A DNA stretch of 64,000 nucleotides from Acidobacteriota bacterium (GCA_040005235.1 JBDTZG010000003.1:32001-96000), one strand, 5' to 3'; positions 48,425 through 58,826 are shown, counted from the stretch's first letter. The notes: generated by a model from the sequence alone, not told the origin. A program made the numbers and translations.

Positions 48425-48778
48425 CGGCCACCTCTTGCCTGAACGCCAGAGTAAGTCTGGAGCGATGGTCTTCGTCCGCTCCGCGAAAGTGAGCTTCAAC
48501 GCGGCGCTTCGCGGAGAAGCGGAAGGAGTAGACGGACGCACTCTCCAAAGATCCTCCGATCGGCGGCCGAACGGTGAATTACATTCGGGCCTCCGCCGCC
48601 GTGATACGCTCTCGCTACCCCATTCGGACCGAGCGGAACGACCGCCGCTTCAAGGAGGCACCGGCTGGCACGGGTTCTTTTGAGCTTAGGACAGCGGTTC
48701 TAAGGGGAGGCGGTAGGAGCTGACCGTAACCTTTGGGACGGCGCCGCGGCCAGCTCGGCGTCGGCGACGGATCGTCTT

Positions 48779-51700
48779 TCACATTTTTCCCGGAGGCACG
48801 TCTTTGTCTCGGTTCGGTCTCTCCTCTGACTCGTCCGTATAACCCTTCACAAACACTGCTTGCAAGATTGGCTTATCGCCGGCGATTATGGCCACAACAT
48901 GGACACCGTAGCTCAATCCTTCCGACGTTGAGATCTTCGTGCTCAACTTCCCATCCTTTCCAAAACGCACATCCTTGTTGACCGCAATATCGTCGATGGT
49001 CACTACCAGTGGTGCGCCGATGAGCTCGGAATCCGGCTTCGCTCCCGCAGCCCACAGCCACACGATTCCATCAGATCCCAGAATCGGAAGACTTGGGCTG
49101 GGAATACTCGTGCTCACGAACAACGAAGGATGGATAAGGTTGGACGTTGGCGACTCGTGTGTCTGCAACAGGTCCGCAACCGACTGAATCTGATCCTTCA
49201 GGTTGTCGACTACCTCGATCGGTTGATCGTTCGGCTCCGTCATCGATGTGATCTGAGCGAATCCCTTTCGAATAAAATCTGAATCCGACGAGATGATGGC
49301 GTCAAGTGTTCCGTTCTGCATCACCAGACCATTGACGACCTCTTTGTTCTTCAGCGCAGCCTGAGCAGCTATCTCACCGTCGAATCCAATTCCCTTGTCG
49401 CTTTCCTTAACGGGAAGCGCTGGGGAATCATCTGCCTTCCCGAGGTATCGCATAAAGTTGCTTCCCGGCGAAACCGTGATCTCCTCGACCTTGCCGTCCG
49501 ACCCGAGCTTGAGCCCGTTGATATGTCCATTGCTTATCACCACGGTGTCCCGAGCGTTGTAGGGAAGCGCGCTCTGGATAGCCATGGAGTTGCCACGAAG
49601 GCGAACATTACATCTCGATCGCGGACAGTAGTCGGCGACCGGAAACGGCGCGCGAATGTGGCGAAAGTCCAGCTTCCACAGTCCTCTGCCATAGCTGGAA
49701 GCGAATCCTTCGTTGTTACTAGTCATAAAGAAGCCGGTGCAATAAAGGATTGCTTCGGAGCCCCGGACGTTGGCCCACGTTCTGCCGCCGTCGCCGCTCC
49801 AAATTATGCCCGCCTCGCGAGTGCCAATGAGGATCCGCTGCGAATCAAACGGATCAAAGTAGATCGTCGTAACCTCCATCCCGTATGCGTGCTTCCCGGG
49901 GTCGTTCGCATCGAAGGTTCCCAGTCGGTATTGGTGGTATCTTGTTACTAGATTCGTGAGCTCAACATCGGTCTCCCAAGTGCTGCCGCCGTTCCTCGTA
50001 ACCTTGATTACACCGTTCACGATGTCGGGCGCGATGATGAAGGCCGCATTGAGCGGATCAACGCCGAAAACCGCCGAGTAGTCGAAATTCGTAGCTCGCA
50101 TCCCCAGACTTCCGTTGTCAGGAAGATAGATAATCTGCGACGCGCCGTAAGACTGGTTGGTTCTTAGATCGAACCGGAAAAGACCGAGGCGTTTGTCAGC
50201 GCCGGAGGCGTCTGAGAATGAGCCATATACGAATTGGTGGTCCCCATTCCTCGACGGCTTTGGAAAACTGCTTGGAGTAAAGGGTGTCTCGCCTATCATG
50301 AGCCAGTGGTCACCGTTGTCTTCGGATTTGTAAATCTCTGGATACGATTCGTGCGGCAATCGATAGCGCACCCAGGTGCGCGGGCTGACGTAGAAGGGCG
50401 CCGCAAAATCCGCGAGGTAGCCGGTGCGGGAGCCGCGCACGTTTTCCGGCACCTCGCGCTGCGCGTCCAGGTTGCCGTTGGCGAACATGCTCCTCCACCT
50501 GGGATCCGGTCGGACTGAATTCCACGCTACCGTTGCCATCCCAGGATCGGAGACGTAAGGAGCGACCTGAGCGTAAAAACCTTCGGGTGAGCTCGCCCGG
50601 GGCCAGGTGACTCCACCATCAGGGGAGCTCCAAAGCGAACCATTGTCCTGAGTTGCGAAATAAAGCGACAGATCGGCTCGATCATAGACTGTCCCCGCTA
50701 GTGCGGTGATTTGATAGGAGTTAAGACCCGATCCTCTTACCGCCGCGCGCTCCCAATGTGTGGAGCTCGAGTCCGTCGGTTTGAAAACGCCGCCGTCTGA
50801 TCCATATAGCAGAGGCAAGCCCGCCGAATTGAGTGCCATGAATCCGGAGTCATCATGGATTCCGTCGTCGCGGCTAAAGCTCCTCCAGTTGAACGGTCCC
50901 GTTCGCAAGGCGTCTGCGATGTCCGCGCAAGTGCGACGTAATAGCTGGACACCTGTGCCGGCCCAAATTTCGAAGCCGTTAGCGCCCGCAGGCCGGGCCG
51001 AAATGCGAACGAACGGATTTCGGCTCAGCCGGCCGGCTGCCGGCATAGGGATTGGCGTGAATCGGTTCGCTCCCATCTCATAGAGAAACAGATGGTCGTG
51101 ATCCTTCAATACGAATACCTTGTCCAGATCTCCCGGCCAGGCATCGACCTGTTTGAACGAGCCATCGACGTTGAAGTTGCCCCGAAAAACATTGTCCCAG
51201 GTGCCCTCCGGCGTCAGCCGAAACACGCCAAGCTCTGACAACAAAACTGCTCGGTTGTGCGCCAACGCTACGATGGAATGAGGTCCCCCCCCGACGGGTG
51301 TGTCCGTCCAGTTGTCGCCATTGTCCGTACTGGTGGCTACCCCGAAGTCCGTGGCGACGTATATCTTTCGCCGGTTGTCCGGTGCCACGCTGATACCGTT
51401 CGCTGCGCCATGCCAGCCAAAGCTTGCGGCCGTCCAAGAATCTCCGCCATCGTGGCTCACCCAAATTCCGCTGTCGTCGACCATCTTATTGGTGCCCTGA
51501 ACCGTTGCGATGAGAGTGTCACCCTCTGCATAGGCAACGTCCTTCGACGAGATGGCTCTAAGATTTGTGAGATGGCGCCAGTTAGCACCGCCGTTTGACG
51601 TCTTCCAGAGGCCTCCGAATTCGGTGGAGAAGACGATCTCGGAATCATTATTGGGTTTCACGGCAATGGCATGAGTCCGCCCGCCGCACAACGGAGACCG

Positions 51701-51850
51701 ATCGAAAGTCGGCAGAAGGTAGGGTGGGAACTCGGCCACGCTTTGCGCTAAGGCGGAGCCCATGAAGAGTGTGACCAAGCCGCAAGCAACCATTGCGCTC
51801 ATGCAGTGCAGCCGGGGCTTCCTACGCGGGCCAAATGGTCGGTTGGACAT
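48779..51850 (-). CDS. Large secreted BNR/Asp-box beta-propeller protein (sortilin/GH74-like)
   Basis: Repeated KTSNGGANW, SHDGGDSW, STDNGDNW, SPDGGVTW, SEDNGDHW, SYGRGLWK; RBS GGAGG; AT-richer codons. Confidence 0.8.
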   Translation of the reverse strand: MSNRPFGPRRKPRLHCMSAMVACGLVTLFMGSALAQSVAEFPPYLLPTFDRSPLCGGRTHAIAVKPNNDSEIVFSTEFGGLWKTSNGGANWRHLTNLRAISSKDVAYAEGDTLIATVQGTNKMVDDSGIWVSHDGGDSWTAASFGWHGAANGISVAPDNRRKIYVATDFGVATSTDNGDNWTDTPVGGGPHSIVALAHNRAVLLSELGVFRLTPEGTWDNVFRGNFNVDGSFKQVDAWPGDLDKVFVLKDHDHLFLYEMGANRFTPIPMPAAGRLSRNPFVRISARPAGANGFEIWAGTGVQLLRRTCADIADALRTGPFNWRSFSRDDGIHDDSGFMALNSAGLPLLYGSDGGVFKPTDSSSTHWERAAVRGSGLNSYQITALAGTVYDRADLSLYFATQDNGSLWSSPDGGVTWPRASSPEGFYAQVAPYVSDPGMATVAWNSVRPDPRWRSMFANGNLDAQREVPENVRGSRTGYLADFAAPFYVSPRTWVRYRLPHESYPEIYKSEDNGDHWLMIGETPFTPSSFPKPSRNGDHQFVYGSFSDASGADKRLGLFRFDLRTNQSYGASQIIYLPDNGSLGMRATNFDYSAVFGVDPLNAAFIIAPDIVNGVIKVTRNGGSTWETDVELTNLVTRYHQYRLGTFDANDPGKHAYGMEVTTIYFDPFDSQRILIGTREAGIIWSGDGGRTWANVRGSEAILYCTGFFMTSNNEGFASSYGRGLWKLDFRHIRAPFPVADYCPRSRCNVRLRGNSMAIQSALPYNARDTVVISNGHINGLKLGSDGKVEEITVSPGSNFMRYLGKADDSPALPVKESDKGIGFDGEIAAQAALKNKEVVNGLVMQNGTLDAIISSDSDFIRKGFAQITSMTEPNDQPIEVVDNLKDQIQSVADLLQTHESPTSNLIHPSLFVSTSIPSPSLPILGSDGIVWLWAAGAKPDSELIGAPLVVTIDDIAVNKDVRFGKDGKLSTKISTSEGLSYGVHVVAIIAGDKPILQAVFVKGYTDESEERPNRDKDVPPGKM

Positions 51851-51913
51851 GGCAACCTCCTTCGGAGTGGGGATGCCCGCGAAGTGTAGCACCGCCCGGT
51901 CATCGAACCGGCC

Positions 51914-53023
51914 CTATGGGCTCGGCGCAAACCGTAGCCAGTCCCCCCGAAGCGGCATCGTCCAACGCGGACCCGAAGGGCCACAAACGGCGTTCGTTGG
52001 GCCGGCCGTCGGGGCGTCACAGTCCAGCTCCTTGCAGATCGTCGCAAGGTATCGCTCGACCTTGGCGTCGGTGAGAAACGAGACGAAGCGAACCGGTTCG
52101 CTTTGAGGACGGAAGAAGTCGTCGTAGTGCGCCACCAGAACGTGCCGTGGCCGCAGCGCCTTGAGGATGGCTTTCGGCTGGCCGGGGGCCTTGTCGTAGG
52201 AGGCGATGCACAAGACGGCGAGGTCGTACGGGTGCCCATCCGGAAACGCTGGAGGCTCGCCGATTCCTTGGCGGTTCGCCGAGTCTTGGTAATAGATGCG
52301 GTAGCGCACGGTCGAAAGATCGTCGGCCATCAAATCGATCACCAGCGCGAAGGTCTGCCCGACCCGCAGATCGCGGAAGTGCCTGGCCTCCCAGGGCGTT
52401 CGCCAATCGTCCTTAACGCTCCCGCTCGCCCAAAGATAGTGATCGATCTGGGGCGCATGGCTGGAGACGACGGGGAAGAACCGAATCGGCCGCCTCTCGA
52501 CGCCGCGCATCAGCCAGACCCATTGGCCCGATTTCTCTTCGAGCAGCGTCGTCCGCCCGGCGGCGTAGGGAGCGAGAGCATGGGCGCCGGATCGGTTGAC
52601 AAAGACGTGGGCCGCCGTTGCTTTTTCCAGGACGACCGGAAAGTCCCCGATGTGGTCGTAGTGGGCGTGCCCTGCGAAGAGGCCCTCGACTTTCGAGACG
52701 TCGATCCCGGCGAGGCCACGTTCGATCGCAGCGCGATCCGCCCGCCATCGGGCGAATTGAGCCCGCGGTGCACTGGGATTGGAAAAGTACGGTCCCAGAA
52801 GAATCGAGTCGTCGCCCCAACGAACGTAGAGCCCGGCGGCGCCCAGGTACTTCATGTCCACCGAAAGGACCGGCGACTCCGGCGGCTTTTCGGCCGGACG
52901 GCAGGGAGGCTGCTCAAAATCGAACGACGCGCCGGGGTGGTTCGGCGCCGTGCGCACGAACCGTCCGTGGCAGCCGAGCCCGAACGCGAGGGCCAGGGCG
53001 AGAGTGAGGGCTCCGTGTTTCAT
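51914..53023 (-). CDS. Metallo-beta-lactamase-fold hydrolase lipoprotein
   Basis: Lipobox LGC; HAHYDH, SSHAP, YYQDS, AHYDDFF. Confidence 0.85.
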   Translation of the reverse strand: MKHGALTLALALAFGLGCHGRFVRTAPNHPGASFDFEQPPCRPAEKPPESPVLSVDMKYLGAAGLYVRWGDDSILLGPYFSNPSAPRAQFARWRADRAAIERGLAGIDVSKVEGLFAGHAHYDHIGDFPVVLEKATAAHVFVNRSGAHALAPYAAGRTTLLEEKSGQWVWLMRGVERRPIRFFPVVSSHAPQIDHYLWASGSVKDDWRTPWEARHFRDLRVGQTFALVIDLMADDLSTVRYRIYYQDSANRQGIGEPPAFPDGHPYDLAVLCIASYDKAPGQPKAILKALRPRHVLVAHYDDFFRPQSEPVRFVSFLTDAKVERYLATICKELDCDAPTAGPTNAVCGPSGPRWTMPLRGDWLRFAPSP

Positions 53024-53196
53024 TTCCCCTCAAGTGTATCCGGCCAGCACCCACGCAGCGGCGTACCTCTTGCATTTGGCGGCGGAGGAGAAGGCACCCA
53101 GGCGGGCATCGGAGTAGAATCATCGGAAGGAATTTGACCCATGGCATGGCGGAGGACTCCACCGGGCTGGCCGCGAGTTTTCGCGCCGAAGTTTAC

Positions 53197-54825
53197 TTAC
53201 TCTCGCTCCGGACCAGTGGGGATCCCGAGCGAGCGCATCATGCGATGGAACGTCGTCTTGGTGAGCTTCAGGCTCTCTCGAGCCCGCCGAACAGAGCCGC
53301 CGTGTTGGTGAAGCCGCGAGAGAATCAACTCGCGCTCGTACTCCCGGAGGGCCTCGTCGTAAGAAAAGCCGTCGCCCAGTACGGCGCCGGCTTTCGGGTT
53401 CGGCGCGCTTGCGGCAATCCCCGGAACGCCGCGTAGGATCAGATCGTAATCGAGCCACACGCCGAGTCGGGCATGCATCACGAAGGCGGTGCAGGCACGC
53501 GCCAGCTCGCGCACGTTGCCCGGCCAATCGTAGGCGACCAGAGCGCGGAACGCCTCCTGCGTGAATCCGAGAGTCGGTTTGCCGTACTTTCGCTCTTCGC
53601 GCAGGCGGAAGTGGTCGAGAAGCTGCGGGATGTCCCACGGTCGGTTGCGCAGCGCCTGAAGATGGATCGCCAGGGTGCGGAAGCGATCATGAAAATCGGC
53701 GCGCAAGGCGCCCTGCCGAACCGCTTCCTCGAGATCGCGGTTGGTTGCAAGGACGACCGCGACATCGACCGAGATTTCCCGGGTAATTCCCACGGGTGTC
53801 ACGGTGTGGCTCTCCAGCACTCGCAGAAGCTGGGCCTGAACCCGCAATGACAGTTCCGCCACCTCGTCAAGGAACAGCACGCCGCCTTCGGCCGCGCGAA
53901 AGCAGCCGAGCTCGTCGGTGAGCGCGCCCGTGAACGAGCCCTTCTTGTGACCGAACAGGCGCGAGGCTGCAAGGTCCTCGCCGATCTCTGCGCAGTTGAC
54001 GACCACCATCGGACGCCGACGCCGGGAACTGTAGGCATGCAAGTAGCGGGCGATCAGATCCTTGCCCGTTCCGCGCTCGCCGAGAATCAAAATCGGCTCG
54101 GGATGGACTGCGTTAAGCGAGGGGATGAAGACTTCGTGGAGGCCGAAGCGAAGGGCCCGAGTATGGGTCGATTCGCCCAGAATCTCCGGCGCGTTCTCGA
54201 TCTCCTCGTGCTGCGCGATTCGCTGTTTGAGCTCGCGCGCCTGGCGTTGGGCACGAAAGTGGTAGCCGAGCAGCCGTCCCGCAGCCGACCCGTAGCTTCC
54301 AAGGCAGGCAAGGTCCGGCTCGCCGTAAGCGGCCGCGAGACCCTGGTTTTGGAGGTAGATCACCGCGAGCACCGCGCCGTCTGAAGGATCGTGCACGGGA
54401 GCGCAGAGCACGCTCCAACGCGTGTTGTCGAGCGAGCTTGTGCGCCAGCCATCCCCCAGCTGGAGAGAGTCATGAATCCGCTCGGGCCGACCGGTTTCGA
54501 CCACGCGCCGAATCACCGAAGGAGAGACACCGCGAACAGATCGTCCCTCCTCGCAAGCCACGAGCTGTTCTCGCGTCAGGCCGCCTAGCGAATGGATACA
54601 ACGTAGCGTCAAGGGCGCCGTTCGTTCGACCAAGAGGAGCACGGCGTTCTGGGCGCCGAGACCCGCGGCGACGGCCTCGAAAGAAGTGCGTAGAGCCTCC
54701 CGTTGGTCGCCTCGATCGCTGGCGAGGAAGGCGAGCAGCTCGTTCACCGCATCCACAAGCCGCGATGGGTCGCGTGTGGTCTTCGGGGTGCCAAGGACCG
54801 GAGGACATTCCTGGAGTGCGTTCAT
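53197..54825 (-). CDS. Sigma54-dependent transcriptional activator (GAF-AAA+-HTH)
   Basis: GAF SVLCAPV...AVIYLQN; GERGTGKD, FGHKKGSFTGA, LFLDEV, WPGNVREL; C-terminal Fis-like HTH. Confidence 0.92.
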   Translation of the reverse strand: MNALQECPPVLGTPKTTRDPSRLVDAVNELLAFLASDRGDQREALRTSFEAVAAGLGAQNAVLLLVERTAPLTLRCIHSLGGLTREQLVACEEGRSVRGVSPSVIRRVVETGRPERIHDSLQLGDGWRTSSLDNTRWSVLCAPVHDPSDGAVLAVIYLQNQGLAAAYGEPDLACLGSYGSAAGRLLGYHFRAQRQARELKQRIAQHEEIENAPEILGESTHTRALRFGLHEVFIPSLNAVHPEPILILGERGTGKDLIARYLHAYSSRRRRPMVVVNCAEIGEDLAASRLFGHKKGSFTGALTDELGCFRAAEGGVLFLDEVAELSLRVQAQLLRVLESHTVTPVGITREISVDVAVVLATNRDLEEAVRQGALRADFHDRFRTLAIHLQALRNRPWDIPQLLDHFRLREERKYGKPTLGFTQEAFRALVAYDWPGNVRELARACTAFVMHARLGVWLDYDLILRGVPGIAASAPNPKAGAVLGDGFSYDEALREYERELILSRLHQHGGSVRRARESLKLTKTTFHRMMRSLGIPTGPERE

Positions 54826-54989
54826 ATTGGGCTCGGTACCTCGCTCTAATCAGGACACCGTGGAGTAAATTTTGTTTAGAAAACACCACAACGTTTCAAA
54901 AATTCCCCGGTCCACGGCATCGCAATTTCGAGGCCAGAGCGGCTCCCTCCCTGTCGAAACCAGGATCTTGGAGAACCGAAGGATCTTCC

Positions 54990-55005
54990 GTTCCAACGTT
55001 GGAAC
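54990..55005. promoter_or_regulatory. Perfect 16-bp palindrome, candidate upstream activator sequence
   Basis: GTTCCAACGTTGGAAC, ~100 bp upstream of the sigma54 promoter at 55101. Confidence 0.5.
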
Positions 55006-55100
55006 ACTTCGCCTTTCATTCGGTCCACCCGCGGGACGACCCGCGAAGGCATCGCGAGACGACGCCTTTACGAATCAGCGAGATGCACCTCTCTCTCTGG

Positions 55101-55146
55101 TGGAATGGCGCTTGCCTAGACTGCGGGTTGCCTGGCCTTCCAGGCA
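55101..55146 (+). promoter_or_regulatory. Sigma54 promoter plus 5'UTR hairpin (copy 1)
   Basis: TGG-AATGGCGCTT-GC (GG-N10-GC); hairpin TGCCTGG-CCTT-CCAGGCA at 55129-55146; conserved in copy 2. Confidence 0.65.
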
Positions 55147-55169
55147 CGGACCCGAAGGGGGACATCATC

Positions 55170-55331
55170 ATGATCAGGATTCGACTCGGCAGCCCCGCGG
55201 CCCTCGCGCTTGCTCTCACCGCCGCACCCTTGATCGCTACCCTCGCTCCTGGGGCGGCCCAAAAACTCGGCTTGACCGAGGATGACTTGATCACCGGGAC
55301 TTCGATTCCCGGAGAGAGGAAAGCCGCATGA
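55170..55331 (+). CDS. Small secreted peptide, 53 aa (copy 1)
   Basis: MIRIRLGSPAALALALTAAPLIATLAPGAAQKLGLTEDDLITGTSIPGERKAA; RBS AAGGGGGA; paralog at 58896. Confidence 0.7.
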   Translation: MIRIRLGSPAALALALTAAPLIATLAPGAAQKLGLTEDDLITGTSIPGERKAA

Positions 55332-55517
55332 GAAATGAGAGGATCGCGCAGCTCCGCGCGACTCCCGAATCGACGCTCCTCGAACCGCGAGGCGTCGGCT
55401 GTCTCCACCTTCTTTCGATCGCTTGGATTGCTATTCCACGCCGCCGAGCACACCCAGCGGCATCTCGGTCAGATCCTCACGACCCGGAGGATCGTTCCAG
55501 GAGGCGAGGCGCGGTAG
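55328..55517 (+). pseudogene. Frameshifted 3' remnant of a DinB-family gene
   Basis: IAQLRATPESTLLEPRGVG in one frame continues as LGLLFHAAEHTQRHLGQIL in another; H..EH..RH.GQ is the DinB C-terminal His motif. Confidence 0.7.
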
Positions 55518-55654
55518 CCGCCAGCCGGCTCACCGCGATCCGAAGAAGGCCCACGAGGCACTCGCGAGGGGGGCGCCTCGTGCAGAGAGATGAGGATCTG
55601 CTCTCGGTTCGCATGCTCAAGCGCGGTGCGGCCTGACTCGGACGCCGCCCGCCC

Positions 55655-58618
55655 CTACGGCTTATAGCTCCGCACCACCTGCATCCGGTGCCCGGCCGCA
55701 TCGCGAACGGCGATAGTGAACACCGGCCGCTCCGAAGTCGTCACCTTGCGCGGCAAGGTGAGGCGGAGGATTCCCCCTTCCGGGTTGATCGACTTCCCCA
55801 TCGCGAGGTTTCCGCCGACGGGAACGTTGCCAAGCCGCAGGTTGCAGGTCACCGTCAAGCTCCCCGGAATGACGCCGCTTTCGACATCGAAGGCCGCGAT
55901 CTCCAGAATACGGAACGAGCGAGCGACGCGGGCGCGGAGGACCGAAGGACGCACCACCAGCGTCGGCCGTTGGTCGTCCTCCAAGAAACCCCACGGTTGG
56001 CCGAAATCGATCGGGGCTCCGAGGTCGATCCAGCGAGCGAGGGTCATCTTCTCGTCGACCATCATGCCGGGGACTCCGACTCCCGCGGGGTGGGCTGTCG
56101 TGGCGGCAAAATCGAGGTCGTCGGTGCGGTCGGCGTTGGTTCGGCCGTCGAGGCGCTGGCCCCAGACTTTCCAAAGCAGCAGGCTCTGGCGCGATTGGAA
56201 GGCCCGGACGTAGCGGGTGAGCTGGGGCACGAACCAGAGGCCGTACTGTGACGGCGGCGGCTCGGACAGCTCGCTGGTCATGTCTTCAATCAGTTGCCAA
56301 TAGGTGCGCGGCCAGGTGCCGTCGCGTTCGATGGTGCCGGCCGCCGCCGTGAGCGGCAAGCCGGCCGCCGGGCTCGCCGCGCCGTGGCACAAGGCGCAGC
56401 GGCGCTCGAGGATCGGCAGCACGTCGCGCCGGTATTCGACGGTCGTGGCGTGGCCGGGAATCAGACGGATCGCGGTGGCTCCCCCGGCGTCCAGGGTCAG
56501 CAGCGGCGTGGTGCGCGCGAGGTCGGGCATCGGGAAATCCGGGCGTGCCGCCGCGGTGGTTTCGAAATCGAGCGGTTCGAGGCTGTGGGCGTGGCAGCCG
56601 CCGCAGTCGTAGCGCGCTTCGCCTGGGCGGAGCTGGTGCCAGGTTTGGGCCATGTTGAGCACCATTCCGCGCCGGTCGAGGGTCTGGAAGGTGAGCGCGA
56701 TATCGGCCGGTACCTTGGCGAGGAAACTCGTGTCCGCGTGGAGTGTGCCGTCCGGATGGCGGACCGGAGGGGCATTCGGTTTCTTCACCAGGATCTCGCC
56801 CAGGATGCGCATCCGCTCGCCGCCGATCACCGAGTATTTCGGTCCGTTCGCCGGATAGCTGCGGTCGGTCTGTGCCTGCTGCATCAGGACCCGGACGGCG
56901 ACCACGTCGTCGTCCGAGTAGATCCCCGCGTCCGTCCCCTGGCGGGTCCAGCGGAGTGGATTCTGCGTCGGCTCGTCGAACGGATCGCGATCGGTTTGAA
57001 ACGGGCCGAGTGCGCCTTCGCTCTCGCGCCAGAGGAGCGACGAGCTGCCGATCAAGCCGAACGGCTCTCCCGGGGTCAACCTCTCGGCGCGGATCGCGGC
57101 GTCCGAGAGTTCAGGCCGCGCGGGCGGCGCGTCGATTCCGTACAGCTGGCGCCACGAAACGACCGGCCGCGGCCATGCCAGGTTGTATCCCGGCTCATAC
57201 AGAATGGTGATCAACCCCGGCGGTTGCCCCGCCATGTCGGCCGCCGGAGTCGCGACCGGCTCGCCGTCGGGAAACAACACGATCCGGCCGTGCGGCCAGG
57301 GGAACGCGCTGCCCGAGTTGACGTAGGCGCCGTTGTGGTTGACCGGCCCGGGCGCGTAGACCGCGAGCAGGTCGGCTTTCGCCGGATCGCCTTCGACGCT
57401 CGGCGTCGCCGCGGGATGGGTGAGCTTGCCGCGCCGGTCTATGCCCGCGCAGTTCTCCGGCCCGGCCGAGGCGTAAGGGTTGTCCTCCCGCCCGGGGCAG
57501 GGGGCGGGATAGTCGTCCGGCGTGGTCCAGGGCGCGAGCAGGCGCTGGCCGATCCGCTCGAACGGGATCGCGCCCGAGGACGGTTCGGGATCAGACGTTG
57601 CGAAATCGGGTCCCGCCGGGTCGATCGGATAGCGGATCAGGTCGCCGAAGCCGTTGTCGTTCAGGTTGTAGTAGCGGCAAACCACCAGATCACCGCCCGG
57701 CATCTGGGTCATGAAGTGATGCGCGAGCGCGTTCTCGCTGAAACCGGACAGGCTGTTCCAGGTCCGGCCGTCGGGAGCGATCACCCAGAGCGCGAACTGC
57801 CGCGTGTCGCGCAGGCCCTGCTCTTCCCAACTGGTGAAGGCGATCCGGCCGTCCAGCAGCGCCATCGGGTGGAGCGCCATCGCGACGTTCAGCGGTCCGA
57901 TCGGCTCGACGTTTGCGCCGTCGGAGTCCATTGCGAACAGTTGCAGAGCGCGCTGGACCGACGACATCGCCTTCGGCGGCAGAAAGTCATCGCGCGTGGA
58001 GGTGAAGACGATCCGGTTGCCGGCTACCCAAGTTCCTCCCGTGTTGAACACGCCGATCCGCGGATGGTTGCTTCCCGGATCGTTAGGCCCGAACCGCGCG
58101 CCGTTGCCCGTGTTCGGCGTCAACTGCTGGCGGGTCAATCGCACGAGCGCCCGGCTCGCCAGATCGAGCTTGTAAAGATCCGCGCCGCGGCGCGACAGGC
58201 CGCCGCGCTGATCGTTCCGCTCGGTCAGATCGTGGTACCAGGTGAACAGCACCGACCGGCCGTCGAAAGACACGTTCGGATCGGCGACCGAGCCGACCGA
58301 CAACGGTTTGCCCGCAGGCGTGTCGATCTGCCCTCGATAGCGCTCCAGCGGAAAAAGCACCTCGCGCGCGCCGGAGGTCTTCATCAGCACGAGCTGCGCG
58401 CCGGGATCGGGAATCAACGGCCGCACCACATCCGGCCAGACGCTGTTCGCCGCCTCCGGCCCGGGACCGAAGTAGGGCGCGCGAACGTAGATCAGCTCGT
58501 ACGGCAGAGGGCGGATGATCTCCTGGGCGGCGGCGGCGAACGGCACCGCCGCTCCCGCGAAGGTGAGGGCGAGGGCGAGGGCTGAGACCCAACGGAAAAC
58601 CCATGTTCGCTGGCGCAT
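55655..58618 (-). CDS. Secreted HzsA-related beta-propeller/cytochrome c protein with two CxxCH motifs
   Basis: Signal peptide from MRQRTW; DPNVSFDG, IVFTSTR propeller; SFLAKVPAD...FQTLDRRGM...QLRPGE..CGGCH; VLPILERRCALCH; ARWIDLGAP. Confidence 0.8.
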   Translation of the reverse strand: MRQRTWVFRWVSALALALTFAGAAVPFAAAAQEIIRPLPYELIYVRAPYFGPGPEAANSVWPDVVRPLIPDPGAQLVLMKTSGAREVLFPLERYRGQIDTPAGKPLSVGSVADPNVSFDGRSVLFTWYHDLTERNDQRGGLSRRGADLYKLDLASRALVRLTRQQLTPNTGNGARFGPNDPGSNHPRIGVFNTGGTWVAGNRIVFTSTRDDFLPPKAMSSVQRALQLFAMDSDGANVEPIGPLNVAMALHPMALLDGRIAFTSWEEQGLRDTRQFALWVIAPDGRTWNSLSGFSENALAHHFMTQMPGGDLVVCRYYNLNDNGFGDLIRYPIDPAGPDFATSDPEPSSGAIPFERIGQRLLAPWTTPDDYPAPCPGREDNPYASAGPENCAGIDRRGKLTHPAATPSVEGDPAKADLLAVYAPGPVNHNGAYVNSGSAFPWPHGRIVLFPDGEPVATPAADMAGQPPGLITILYEPGYNLAWPRPVVSWRQLYGIDAPPARPELSDAAIRAERLTPGEPFGLIGSSSLLWRESEGALGPFQTDRDPFDEPTQNPLRWTRQGTDAGIYSDDDVVAVRVLMQQAQTDRSYPANGPKYSVIGGERMRILGEILVKKPNAPPVRHPDGTLHADTSFLAKVPADIALTFQTLDRRGMVLNMAQTWHQLRPGEARYDCGGCHAHSLEPLDFETTAAARPDFPMPDLARTTPLLTLDAGGATAIRLIPGHATTVEYRRDVLPILERRCALCHGAASPAAGLPLTAAAGTIERDGTWPRTYWQLIEDMTSELSEPPPSQYGLWFVPQLTRYVRAFQSRQSLLLWKVWGQRLDGRTNADRTDDLDFAATTAHPAGVGVPGMMVDEKMTLARWIDLGAPIDFGQPWGFLEDDQRPTLVVRPSVLRARVARSFRILEIAAFDVESGVIPGSLTVTCNLRLGNVPVGGNLAMGKSINPEGGILRLTLPRKVTTSERPVFTIAVRDAAGHRMQVVRSYKP

Positions 58619-58826
58619 TTCTTGGAAGAGGATACGTTGGGAACTCCGCGTTCGTCGAGGGCGATGATCGACCAGCCCGAAGGATCTCCTCGCCGGCCGC
58701 ATCGCATCCGGCGCGGAGGAAGGAGCACCCCGCTCGCAGGGGGGAGGATTTGCCGGTCCCCGGGACCACGGCGGAACTACATTCCATTCGTAGAGCACCT
58801 TCGCCAAGATCCGCCCCTTTCCTGGC

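Noticed and set aside
48550-48778. tRNA or riboswitch in the intergenic region
   Set aside because: No cloverleaf, T-loop or recognisable aptamer consensus found by eye; an Rfam scan would settle it.
56294-58585. Long antisense ORFs (this 763-aa one and similar at 12484, 17052, 32595, 35027, 38708)
   Set aside because: Shadow frames of real high-GC genes; Arg/Gly/Ala-rich with no motifs.
55655-58618. Anammox hydrazine synthase
   Set aside because: No hzsB/hzsC or hydrazine dehydrogenase nearby; only domain-level resemblance.
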